Source: a virus
Taxonomy: Duplodnaviria; Caudoviricetes
Length of the DNA stretch: 64,000 nt
IMG/VR virus record: IMGVR_UViG_3300017754_002058
Span: 2,227-66,226 of that record
Direction: 5' to 3' (one strand)
Numbering within the stretch: position 1 is the first letter of the stretch; every line of letters starts with the position of its first letter. Position numbers and translations under genes: made by a program. The notes beneath the pieces were generated by a model, which worked only from the letters and a program-made list of their open reading frames with translations, ran no database searches and was not told where the DNA came from. This document shows positions 42,434 to 52,135 of this stretch, in pieces.

Positions 42434-45400
42434 TTATTCCACGCTTTCACTAGGCACATAGCTAACCTTTATGCTAAACAATATAACCCTTTCACTACTT
42501 GTCACACTCACCTTTTGTAGCGAGCTATAACATCTCAATATTCTACCGTTTACTCTCGCTAGTTCCGTAGTTTTTAAGTATGGAATACCAACCGCTACGT
42601 TTAATTCGTCTCTAGTTACATCGCTCCAGTAGCCGTTTTCATACAGCTTAAATAGAGTATTTGCGATAGTCGTTTTCATTGCGCTATAACTTGCTTGGGC
42701 GCTTACGTCAATCTCGACAGTTGGGGCTTGGTTAATTCGTAGCCCTAGATTCAATGGCACTTTCATATAATTAGGTACTGCATTGAAGGGGTTTGTTACC
42801 GAGAATGTTCTTGGTACGCCAAAAAAGTCAAGAGGGTCTCCGCCGTCACTTTCATATAACTCCCCACCTAGAAATTCTACCGCATAAAAACCTAGATTTT
42901 CAGTCCATTCGGGGAAGTAATCTACCTCACTTCTCCATCTACTGTCTTTGTAATTAAACACCGCTCCAATAGCAGTTTCCCCTTGAATAAAGTAGCAACG
43001 GTACTCGTTATTGAATGAGTCAATAGCGCTATTTAATTCAGCACCCGATTGTACGAATTGGGTTAGTTCTAACGTCCTTTTATTGAACTTAAACTCTCCA
43101 TCCGATATATCTTGTTGCCCGTTGTTTAATGAGCGAATAAAGACACCGCTATGGAAGTCGTAGTAGAATAATTGTCCGTCTACTATTCTTACACTTGTCT
43201 TGTGGATAGTTCCGTAGAGCGTATCGTAAGGGTTAATACCACCGAATGTTTGGTTTCTCGGAGAGTAGGAGAGCTGGTTTTGACCATCAGCACCTACCGC
43301 TAAAGTTCTTTGTATGTAAATGCTTGTTTCCTTTCTTTCTTGTAAGACCTTTAGGGTATATCCGTTGATTATTATTCGAGTAATTTGACCGAACTGTTCG
43401 TCTAGGTCTGCTTTGTTAAGAACGTCAAAGTCAAAAGAACAAATGTTGTTTTGAGTGGTATTGTCTATGAATGAGCCACCGTGAAGAACAGATGCCTTTA
43501 GTTGCGTTCTTTTAAAATTAGCATTTTGAATACCTATACGTCCGTAGTCGCTTGCTTGTGAAAGGTAGTAATCGGAAACACTTGGGTCTTCCACGTAGAA
43601 CCTCCAAATAGAGTCAACCGTTAAGTTCGTGTTTATTCTTTGAGATAGTCGAGGTCTAACATACACATCGCCAAAGTCTAAGTTCAAAAGCGCCTTTGTA
43701 TCATCAGTTTGATTAGTGTTAAAACTCATACTAAGATACGAAGCTAAAGTAGCGTTATCTTCCGTGGTAATCGTTGTTGTGTTTGTTGCGGGGTCGTAAA
43801 CCGCGGTGGTAGCTACCGTAATTAATGGCAAGCCAACCAAAGGAGTAAAGATTAGAGCGTAGGTAAAAACTCCTAAATAATCTAAATTACCCTCAACAAC
43901 CCACACGTTATTACCTATCCCAGCTTGGGTAATAATTTTTATTGAATATTGCTGACCTTCGTGCGCTCTTTCGTCCGTACTTGCGTTCAACACTGTTTTA
44001 ATTTCCCCTATTTCGAACCACGGGTCTTCAATAGTTTGTAAGTTAGGAGTGTATATTTCAATTAAGAAGCCCGTAGTTTCTCTATTGATAGTTTCATAGT
44101 CATACAGTCTTACCCACACCGCCTCTTGACCACCTACACCACCACTTGCGTCGTATCTTAAAACTTCTAATTCGACATATCCATTTGCATAAGCTGGCAA
44201 GGATTGAACGAAAGAAGCGCTATCAGTTACTATTCTTACAATATCACCTACTTGAATTTGGTGATTGATAGTAGCGCCATAAGCCGTTTCATAGTAATTA
44301 TCTAGGCTTAATCTGTAAAGATTAGGGGATGCGGGGTCGGTTGCTAGGTCGGTAACGGTTCGGTATTGAAAGTCACGAATATTAGTTACTCTCCTAGTCA
44401 TTATTTGATAATACTCTGCCCATTCGGGAGGTTCGTTTGTAATGGTAATTCTAGGGTAGACCGTATAGGGGCTATGAGTGTCTGCAAAAGTTGTAAAATC
44501 TTCTTGTGACGGGAAAGGGACTTCCAAATTCATATCATTACTAGTCAAAACTCCCCCACTTCTTAGCCCCCTATCGTAGTATTGTATTCCAAACTCGTGT
44601 CTTGCCCCTTTCTTTAAAGACTTTTTAGGTCTTGTCGGATAAAGAGAACCCATTGAAACAAAAGGGTTTATAGTAAATAAAGAAGGTGATATGTCTAATT
44701 CAGCCTGTATAGGAGACGTGTCCATTGTCAGCACAACGGAATATCCGATTCCTGTTAAATAATCAGCAAAAGATTGCCCTATTGCCTCAATAATGTATTC
44801 AGTCGCGTCAGTAATGCTTAACCCGCTAACGGCATTCATATCCGCTTGTGTTACGGTATAAGTAAATGTTTCGGTTAATCCACCATTTAAAGACGGGTTG
44901 TTTCTAAAAGTAAAAACACACACATCTCCTTCTTGATAAGGAAAAACCGCACCCGCTAGCAAACTGCTTTGATTGGTTATATCAAATGTATCACCTATAC
45001 CGCCCAAAAAAACATAAGAAACTCTAGGGGTCATTATCGTAGTGTCTCTTATTTCCTCTAAGACCCTTGTGGCTTGTGCATCTATTTGTATTGGGTCGTA
45101 ACCTTCTACAAAGTTTCCAAAAGCAATTTGATTGGTAGGTAATTTCTCTAAGTCTTCGGCTATTTGCGGAACTCTATCATACCCTCTTAATGTTTCCATC
45201 AAGCCTAACGGTTTAATAGCGTTGTTGCCGTCAAATACTACGGGGTAAGTCGTGTCATTTGCTATACCCAAAATAGATTTGTCCAGCTCCGTAAATATTC
45301 CAAATTGACCGTTGTTCAAGTTTCTTACTGCAACCCGAATAGTTTTTACTAACTCACTACCCGTTGGGACACTTAGATTTAACACGTTATCGGCGTTAGG

Positions 45401-46120
45401 TTCTAAATAGTTCCTTCCACTTATAAACTCCCACTCTTGCGGTACCATTAACTTAGAAATAGGCGACCACGTACTCTCTTGGTTCTCTTGGTACACCCAT
45501 TGAACCGAAAATTGGTAGAGCGACCCGTACAGTTTGTTTGAATCTCCATCATTATCAAATTCCAACAAATCATTTGAAGTATAAGAAGGATATTTTATGA
45601 AGTCTAGTAGCTGCTCGGTAGTCGTGTACGTACCGTCTATTGCCGCTTGAATGTTTAGGTTTCTCGGAGGATTGAACTGCCAAATACCATCTACGTTCTT
45701 CAAATAAGATTCAAAGTAACCGTCCGTCCAATATAAAATTCCATTCACTACCCTTGCGCCTACTATCTTATTCGCTATTTGCAAATTGAGAAGCGCGTCC
45801 GTTAGAACTAGGGTAAAAGAACCATCAGTAGTGTCGTACTGAAAAATAGAATGGTCGTCGTTTGAGTTGTGTACAAAGAAAATAATTGAGTTTGCTTCTA
45901 CCCACGGGCAAGACCCTATAACGGTATTAGTACCCGCTGGCAAATCCACATTTTCATAGAGAAGGTTTCCCGTCATTGATACTAGCGCTCCATCTTCACC
46001 TTCCGAGGCGTTACCACTACGGGCGTAAAGGGCGGTTCTATAATCTCCTTGCGCTATTGCTCTTTCGGTGCTATCGGTGTCTATACCGCCGTAGAAGAAC
46101 GACTCTTGACTTTCTTTCAT
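42434..46120 (-). CDS. Tail stabilisation/nozzle protein (P22 gp10/T7 gp12/crAss Tstab-like)
   Basis: 1228 aa; FFYGGIDTD.TER....GDYRTAL N-terminus; beta-rich; FSVQWVY..NQESTWSPIS. Confidence 0.75.
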   Translation of the reverse strand: MKESQESFFYGGIDTDSTERAIAQGDYRTALYARSGNASEGEDGALVSMTGNLLYENVDLPAGTNTVIGSCPWVEANSIIFFVHNSNDDHSIFQYDTTDGSFTLVLTDALLNLQIANKIVGARVVNGILYWTDGYFESYLKNVDGIWQFNPPRNLNIQAAIDGTYTTTEQLLDFIKYPSYTSNDLLEFDNDGDSNKLYGSLYQFSVQWVYQENQESTWSPISKLMVPQEWEFISGRNYLEPNADNVLNLSVPTGSELVKTIRVAVRNLNNGQFGIFTELDKSILGIANDTTYPVVFDGNNAIKPLGLMETLRGYDRVPQIAEDLEKLPTNQIAFGNFVEGYDPIQIDAQATRVLEEIRDTTIMTPRVSYVFLGGIGDTFDITNQSSLLAGAVFPYQEGDVCVFTFRNNPSLNGGLTETFTYTVTQADMNAVSGLSITDATEYIIEAIGQSFADYLTGIGYSVVLTMDTSPIQAELDISPSLFTINPFVSMGSLYPTRPKKSLKKGARHEFGIQYYDRGLRSGGVLTSNDMNLEVPFPSQEDFTTFADTHSPYTVYPRITITNEPPEWAEYYQIMTRRVTNIRDFQYRTVTDLATDPASPNLYRLSLDNYYETAYGATINHQIQVGDIVRIVTDSASFVQSLPAYANGYVELEVLRYDASGGVGGQEAVWVRLYDYETINRETTGFLIEIYTPNLQTIEDPWFEIGEIKTVLNASTDERAHEGQQYSIKIITQAGIGNNVWVVEGNLDYLGVFTYALIFTPLVGLPLITVATTAVYDPATNTTTITTEDNATLASYLSMSFNTNQTDDTKALLNLDFGDVYVRPRLSQRINTNLTVDSIWRFYVEDPSVSDYYLSQASDYGRIGIQNANFKRTQLKASVLHGGSFIDNTTQNNICSFDFDVLNKADLDEQFGQITRIIINGYTLKVLQERKETSIYIQRTLAVGADGQNQLSYSPRNQTFGGINPYDTLYGTIHKTSVRIVDGQLFYYDFHSGVFIRSLNNGQQDISDGEFKFNKRTLELTQFVQSGAELNSAIDSFNNEYRCYFIQGETAIGAVFNYKDSRWRSEVDYFPEWTENLGFYAVEFLGGELYESDGGDPLDFFGVPRTFSVTNPFNAVPNYMKVPLNLGLRINQAPTVEIDVSAQASYSAMKTTIANTLFKLYENGYWSDVTRDELNVAVGIPYLKTTELARVNGRILRCYSSLQKVSVTSSERVILFSIKVSYVPSESVE

Positions 46121-46150
46121 TTTTGGGAATTTCTTTGAGCAAAGATAATG

Positions 46151-46216
46151 AAAAAAGGGTGCAACCGTAGTTAAACACCCTCTCTTTATCTATGATAACA
46201 CGCAAGTTTCTAATCT
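46151..46216 (-). ncRNA. Candidate ~65-nt small RNA (own promoter and terminator, no ATG)
   Basis: TTG-N20-TATCTTTG at 46222-46252; AGAGGGTG/CACCCTTT stem and U6 tract at 46151-46183. Confidence 0.45.
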
Positions 46217-46334
46217 GTTCACAAAGATACAATGTTCAAGGAAAGTGAACAAGTCAATAAAAGTTAATAGATTGCTTTACAAAAAAAACGATAAGGGTAA
46301 ACGTATAGCTTTACAAACTTCATAACACGCCGAC

Positions 46335-47069
46335 TTAACGAAGCGTGAAGCCCGAACTTTTGTATAGGGAGTCTAGCAACTCGCTAACAGTTGGTGACTT
46401 GGCAAGAATATTAGCGTCCCAAACCGTTTCCTTATATTGTCTTTCGTAGTCCTTGCTCATACTAAACAATCTTTCGTTATCACTTAACTCCGCACATTTC
46501 CACATCAACAAATTTCTAAAAGCGTCCACGTAAGCAAGTGGTACAAACGTATCTTCATTCACGTTCCTACCCATACTCAAATACTCAATTACCCCAAAAC
46601 CTATTGGAATGCTCTCGCTAAATAATATTCTTCTTCTTTGCCAGTCTACTCTGTAATAATTGACGTTCTTACCTCCGCCCTCTCCGTATCTTGTGTATTG
46701 TCCCCAAGCGTAACTTGGCACTCCACCGCTTGTTTGCGCTGTGTTATTTGTTGGGGCTTCGCAAGGTTCGGGATAGTCTGTTAAATCTAGTGTGTCGTCT
46801 TGCGTTAAAGTCCATATTCTTTTACCGTCACGATACCCCACCTTTCCTAACGCTACAAAGTCGGATGGTAAGTTCCAAACCCTGTTCGCTAAATTGATAG
46901 GAATTTCAATAGTAATAACCGACGGCATATTAAAGCCTTGCATCTTCTCGGAATAAGAAGCGGTTGCTATTTCTAAAATATCCATATAATCCGTAGTAGA
47001 TACCCCGAAGTTTTTTAATCGGTTTATCGTACTCAATACTATATTTCCTATTGTCTTTTCAGCGTCCAT
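46335..47069 (-). CDS. Tail ring/tubular (adaptor) protein
   Basis: 244 aa; NLPSDFVALGKV...IEYLS...VPLAYVDAF..LLMW pattern; position in the tail module. Confidence 0.6.
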   Translation of the reverse strand: MDAEKTIGNIVLSTINRLKNFGVSTTDYMDILEIATASYSEKMQGFNMPSVITIEIPINLANRVWNLPSDFVALGKVGYRDGKRIWTLTQDDTLDLTDYPEPCEAPTNNTAQTSGGVPSYAWGQYTRYGEGGGKNVNYYRVDWQRRRILFSESIPIGFGVIEYLSMGRNVNEDTFVPLAYVDAFRNLLMWKCAELSDNERLFSMSKDYERQYKETVWDANILAKSPTVSELLDSLYKSSGFTLR

Positions 47070-47662
47070 TATTTAGCGGGTTGTGTTGGTTTATCCGTAT
47101 CAGCAACTTTATTGTTGTAAATTTCTTCTAACTGGCTTACGTTCTCACGCATCTTAGTCATTACCATTGAGAAAATTTCACTCTCCACTCCCTCTACACA
47201 CACATTTGAGTCTTCACCCAAGTTAGCAAAGTCGGGAAGAATATCTAAAGTAACGGTAGTGGTGTTAGGGTCGGAACTAAAATATAATTTATTCTCTACA
47301 ATGTTCTTTGCCGTACACGTCACGAAAGGCATAATCTTAGCCATTATATTCGTTTGCTCTAGTCCATTGCTTGTCGGAATAAACTCTCCGTTTTGACCCG
47401 TAACCCAAATTACCCCATTCAAAAGATTAAGTGGTTTAACTGGAAGAACTACGTAGTAAGTGTTGTTAGAAGTGATTACCGTTGCCGTATAAGACAAAGC
47501 CATATTTCGGACTTTCTTCTTGTTTTGAGTCGCTATGTCCGCGTACACCAAAGCAATAAGCCTGTCTATTACTTGTTTAGGGTATTTACCTTGAACATCG
47601 GCGGGAGCATCACCACCCGCTAGTCTGTTCTGTATAAGTTCTATCAATACTCTTTTCGTCAT
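47069..47662 (-). CDS. Tail ring/adaptor protein
   Basis: 197 aa; coupled to neighbours in the tail module. Confidence 0.5.
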   Translation of the reverse strand: MTKRVLIELIQNRLAGGDAPADVQGKYPKQVIDRLIALVYADIATQNKKKVRNMALSYTATVITSNNTYYVVLPVKPLNLLNGVIWVTGQNGEFIPTSNGLEQTNIMAKIMPFVTCTAKNIVENKLYFSSDPNTTTVTLDILPDFANLGEDSNVCVEGVESEIFSMVMTKMRENVSQLEEIYNNKVADTDKPTQPAK

Positions 47663-48381
47663 TGTCCTTGTGTAGTTGGTGAGGTTTGTAAGGTAAATTC
47701 ACTACGTATCTTCTTAGAAAAGTCTTGGATAATCAAATTAGCTAAATCGTTATACACGGGCAATGGATACTCAAATTCCACGCTTTCACTTGGTGTGCCT
47801 ACGGGTAAAACAGAAGAGTTTACGTGTACTTCATTAGGTGGCAAATAAACAACTACTCCGTCAATCAAGTCGTAGTCGAAATTAGGAGTGGTTGGATTCT
47901 TTACATACGTAAAAGCTACCGATTGGATACCTAGTGGTCTAACCAAGAACTTATCATTTTCGTCTACCGCGATTGGATTGTCCATCGTAGGTGCGAGTAG
48001 TTCGGTTGAAATTCGGTAATTGAAATCTTGTTGGTCAATGAACTGAACCATTCTTGCGTTGGACGAGAATCCTCCGCAATTATTAAGGTACTGCATATAA
48101 CTTGACCTCGCAAAGTAGTAGTAGTCTTCGGGGTATTCTCCATAGCCATAAGAATCTAAGGTAATAGCGGGGTAATCGGGACTGCCTAAAGTAATAACAA
48201 ACGGTTGAAGGTCGCGGGAAATCTCCCTCTTTTCTTCAAACACCTTCAATAACTCATTCATCTTGATGATGTTTACCCAAGATATAGTGTTATTAAAGTT
48301 GTACGGGGTTACATACGCCCCGTACTGGTCTTTATTGAGTATCTCTAGTACCCTTGTGTATATATCCCCTAAGTTAAGCAT
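47659..48381 (-). CDS. Tail tubular/ring protein (P22 gp4-like)
   Basis: VLEILNKDQYGAYVTPYNFN...YVKNPTTP...EFEYP..VYNDLANLI. Confidence 0.6.
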   Translation of the reverse strand: MLNLGDIYTRVLEILNKDQYGAYVTPYNFNNTISWVNIIKMNELLKVFEEKREISRDLQPFVITLGSPDYPAITLDSYGYGEYPEDYYYFARSSYMQYLNNCGGFSSNARMVQFIDQQDFNYRISTELLAPTMDNPIAVDENDKFLVRPLGIQSVAFTYVKNPTTPNFDYDLIDGVVVYLPPNEVHVNSSVLPVGTPSESVEFEYPLPVYNDLANLIIQDFSKKIRSEFTLQTSPTTQGQ

Positions 48382-50676
48382 TTATAAGTAGTTTAAATCA
48401 TATCCGTAAACTTCTACGGAGTAGAATATGTTTGTGGCGCTATCTGAAATAATACCAAATGTTGTGTTCTCATTATACGCAATTTCAGTAACACTATCTA
48501 TATTTGTAACATTAATAGCCGTCATTGCCGTTGTAGTACCGTCAGAAGTTCTGACCACTCCTCCCATTTTAAATGTGATAGGTAGCGGGGTTAATTGAGG
48601 AATCAAAACAAATTCAATCTCGTAAAACCTTTGCGCCATATTTTGTGTAAACACAACATAAGATGTTCCCTCATTTAAGATTGCAATGTTGTTTACACCA
48701 ACACCCGTATTTTCTCCTCTAATAATAAATTTCAAAAACTTTGTTGTTGCAAAGTACGGCGCGGTCAAATCAACACTAGCAACAGAACCAGTTAAATTAG
48801 CGGTAGCGTAAAAAGCAACAACTTTTGAGGACGGGACACTTGATTGTCCGCTAAGAATATTGTTTATTTGAAGTTGCAAAGAAGTTGTTTGCTCTATCAA
48901 ACTAGCTAAAGTAATTTGTATATTTTCAATAGAAGCCAATGCAACTCCAATTAATTGAGCAAGTTGCCAATTCAAAATTTGTAAACTTTCTATTTGGTCC
49001 CAAATCTCTTCTATTACATCGTTGTAAGTTGAAGGAGTCAACGTAGCCAATGACGCTTGCAGTTGGTCTATAACCGCTTGAATTGAGACGCTTGCCTCGG
49101 CTGACGCTTGTAATTGCTCATACAAAGTAATAGTGTAAGAAGCAAATTCGGGGTAATCCTCATTGAACGCAACAACTTCTACAAGCAAATTGTCTAATTG
49201 AGCATTTAACAACAAGAAATTAGTTTCTATTGTATCTACATTAGCAATTAAAACATCAACGTCCGCTTCAAAAGAAGGACTGTTTGGATTTAAAGCCAAT
49301 GCCGCCGCCTGCACAACATTAAGCTCCGCTAGTATGGCAAGCAGGTCAGTATTGTAAGTATTTATATTACCTATTAACGTGTTGTACGCCGCCAAAGCCG
49401 AAGCGTTATTTTGTACCGCATTCTCTAATCCACCCACTTGTAAGTTTAAGGCGTCAATCTCTTCTTGAAGTTGAGTGATTATAGAAGTGGCGTCTAGGTT
49501 ACTATTATCAACCCAATAAGGGACGTCTTGATTTTCATCGCAACATCCGCAACTACATTGACCGCTTTCGTTAAGTACGGACTCTAGTTGAGCTACGGTT
49601 GCAGCATACATAGCGTTGTTACCGCAAGTCTTGTACTCTTTAGCCAAAGCATATAGTTGAAGAACAAGCAATATAAGGTTATTTAAACCGCTATCTTGAC
49701 CTTTCACATAAGACGCATTAAACTTATCTTTCAAACTTTCAATACAAGGTGTCAATCCACACAATGTGCCAACGCAAGTAACTAATGTTTCTCCCGTGTC
49801 TCTTACTTGATAAGTATAAACTAGACCGTCGCTTTGCGTCACACTCATATTCAAAACAAGAACGTGAGTCCAAGTGCCTACCGCTAATTCAGAAAATGTA
49901 AGGCTATTTGATGTTGTTGTTTGAGGGTTTGTTGCTGGAGCTGGATATAAACCATTTGGATAATAACCGCTTAAATCTCTTGAAACAACTGTTTGACCAT
50001 TTAGAGCCGTACTGTCTTGAAAAACAATACTACCAAATTGTGTACTTTCACAATCATAAGTAACCGTAACCGATGGGCTAATTAAATCACATCCATTAAA
50101 CGTGTAGGTAGAACCCGCAAAAGCCGCTCGTGTTACATCGAATGAATAAGTACCCGTTGCAACTGCTTCGTTTACCAAAGTCGTTTGCGTCACAACAATA
50201 GTTGAGTTGTCAATTCCTTCGTCAAAAGCCGCTGTTGCAACCGTAAACGTTCCGTTGTTCTCGGTCTCTGTATTAGCCGTTGTTACCAAACTATCTCCCG
50301 CGATTAGCACTCTACCCGCGTTGGTAAACTCTAGTTCAAAAGTAGAAGTAGCTGATACCGAATTAACAACACCAGCAGTTATCGCGTATCTCAAAGAGTA
50401 TGTGAACGAGTAAGTCCCGTTCAAAATCTCTCCGTTAGAATCTAATGGCAAGTTAAACCAAGCGCTTGTTGTTGTAGATGCAAGGTTTACTAAAGGCGAA
50501 CCTACCGTGCTGCCGTTGACAATTATTGCCCCCGTTGGACTATAAACATTTCCTAATCCTTTAGCTTGATATTGAACAAGTATAATACCTTCTGCGGTGT
50601 AGTTACTAGCGTCTACTATTCTACCCTTTTTGGTAATGTTGTTGATTTCTAAATATACGTTTGCCGTAAGTGCCAT
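48382..50676 (-). CDS. Virion structural protein (tail fibre/fibritin-like; beta-rich N-terminus, Cys cluster, long coiled coil)
   Basis: CSCGCC cluster followed by a heptad-rich region; start revised to MALTANV; promoter TTTG-N21-TATATTTG at 50695-50727. Confidence 0.55.
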   Translation of the reverse strand: MALTANVYLEINNITKKGRIVDASNYTAEGIILVQYQAKGLGNVYSPTGAIIVNGSTVGSPLVNLASTTTSAWFNLPLDSNGEILNGTYSFTYSLRYAITAGVVNSVSATSTFELEFTNAGRVLIAGDSLVTTANTETENNGTFTVATAAFDEGIDNSTIVVTQTTLVNEAVATGTYSFDVTRAAFAGSTYTFNGCDLISPSVTVTYDCESTQFGSIVFQDSTALNGQTVVSRDLSGYYPNGLYPAPATNPQTTTSNSLTFSELAVGTWTHVLVLNMSVTQSDGLVYTYQVRDTGETLVTCVGTLCGLTPCIESLKDKFNASYVKGQDSGLNNLILLVLQLYALAKEYKTCGNNAMYAATVAQLESVLNESGQCSCGCCDENQDVPYWVDNSNLDATSIITQLQEEIDALNLQVGGLENAVQNNASALAAYNTLIGNINTYNTDLLAILAELNVVQAAALALNPNSPSFEADVDVLIANVDTIETNFLLLNAQLDNLLVEVVAFNEDYPEFASYTITLYEQLQASAEASVSIQAVIDQLQASLATLTPSTYNDVIEEIWDQIESLQILNWQLAQLIGVALASIENIQITLASLIEQTTSLQLQINNILSGQSSVPSSKVVAFYATANLTGSVASVDLTAPYFATTKFLKFIIRGENTGVGVNNIAILNEGTSYVVFTQNMAQRFYEIEFVLIPQLTPLPITFKMGGVVRTSDGTTTAMTAINVTNIDSVTEIAYNENTTFGIISDSATNIFYSVEVYGYDLNYL

Positions 50677-50720
50677 CTTATGATAATTTGATAGCAAATA
50701 TAACACAATTTTAGTTAAGA

Positions 50721-50755
50721 AAACAAAAACCCCCTGAACTTAATCAAGGGGCTTT
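50721..50755 (-). terminator. Intrinsic terminator
   Basis: AAAGCCCCTTGA-ttaagt-TCAGGGGGTTTT followed by a U-rich tract. Confidence 0.65.
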
Positions 50756-50815
50756 GACAATAACACAATTTAACTTAACACTTTTTAAACCGAGACAAAC
50801 ATAAGGACAAATATC

Positions 50816-51844
50816 TTATTCTTCTAAGCCTTTAACATTTTTTAACGCTTCGATGCGGCTTAGGTAAGTTTTTCCCGTATTCAAGTCCAAACACACTTCG
50901 TACACATCATTCTTTCCTTGCGCTGGTTTTAGTTGTGGTTGAAAAGATAGTATCGCTTGTTTAGTAGGGTCGTAAGTGAACGTGTGAGTGGCGGCATCAT
51001 AACCAACGTTAGCTCCTGCTACGACACCAACCTCGGTTGCTCTAAAATCAGACTTAGAAGGAATCCGAACCGTTCCAGCTTCTCCAAAGTTTCCTTCACT
51101 CAACCATTGCGGAGTACCAACAAGTTCGTGTTCGTTATACAACACCCAGTCCACTACGAAGTCTTGTCCCGACTTACCAAATGGGAATGTCAAGCTACCA
51201 AAATTATACTCGGTGAAACTCTTTCCGTTTACTAGCAAGTCAGCAAAAGCAACTCCGTTATTCACCTCTAGCGTAGAGAAGATATTAGCTACGTGAGTAT
51301 TTGTGTCTACTTTAACACCGTTCCATACCCATCCTGACCCGTTCAGCCATTTAATCACTTCTCCTTCGGGTGAGCTTAATTTCTCCGCTATTTGAGCTGA
51401 ATTGTATGTGCTTTCAAGAGTAGTTGTTACTCCGTTAGTTCGCATAGAGGTAGTAAACGTCTTAGAACGGATACCGTTGTCGATAGTCATTGTGAACTTA
51501 TCTCCAATATCCAATCGCATCTTAGTTCCATCTCCCTTCACAAAAACGAAAGCATCTCCGTCTTTACCGTCATACGAGTAACCGTAATCTAGTGTGTAAA
51601 AGGCAATCATATTGAGAAGCCCAATACCAAAGACACCATTGGAAAACGAATGAGATAAGTTGTCCACCCATATTTTTTCACTCTTAGTAATGGTTCGGTT
51701 AGGAATAGTCGGGTGAGGGATTTTAGATGTAACTACTTTTGCGGTAACGCGGTTAGTAATCTTATGCTCTTCTTTGTTAGTAATAGCCTTGTCTTTTGCA
51801 AGGTCATACAATTCTTGTGGAATTTTTAGCAGTTCTGCGCTCAT
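50816..51844 (-). CDS. Hypothetical beta-rich protein in the tail module
   Basis: 342 aa; no family recognised. Confidence 0.5.
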   Translation of the reverse strand: MSAELLKIPQELYDLAKDKAITNKEEHKITNRVTAKVVTSKIPHPTIPNRTITKSEKIWVDNLSHSFSNGVFGIGLLNMIAFYTLDYGYSYDGKDGDAFVFVKGDGTKMRLDIGDKFTMTIDNGIRSKTFTTSMRTNGVTTTLESTYNSAQIAEKLSSPEGEVIKWLNGSGWVWNGVKVDTNTHVANIFSTLEVNNGVAFADLLVNGKSFTEYNFGSLTFPFGKSGQDFVVDWVLYNEHELVGTPQWLSEGNFGEAGTVRIPSKSDFRATEVGVVAGANVGYDAATHTFTYDPTKQAILSFQPQLKPAQGKNDVYEVCLDLNTGKTYLSRIEALKNVKGLEE

Positions 51845-51859
51845 TTTGTTTTTAAGTAA

Positions 51860-52135
51860 TTAAATTTCATTTGGTGGTATCTCTAAATCGGGTATTGGCT
51901 CTAACACATCAACGCCTTTTACAATCGCGTTGTATTGAGCAAGAGTAAGCGTTGTTACGTCTTCCGTTCCAACAAAAGTTTTAGAGTAGATTAAGTACAT
52001 CTGCTGCTGTACTATTAGCTTAGTATCTTCTAAACTTGTGGGATAGTCAACGTCTTCACACTTTTGAGTGATAGACATAACAACTTTTTGAGAATCGTCA
52101 TCATTGAACGTATATGTGTACTTGTAGTATATCAT
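51860..52135 (-). CDS. Small tail-fibre-associated protein
   Basis: 91 aa; overlaps the tail fibre gene by ATGA. Confidence 0.45.
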   Translation of the reverse strand: MIYYKYTYTFNDDDSQKVVMSITQKCEDVDYPTSLEDTKLIVQQQMYLIYSKTFVGTEDVTTLTLAQYNAIVKGVDVLEPIPDLEIPPNEI

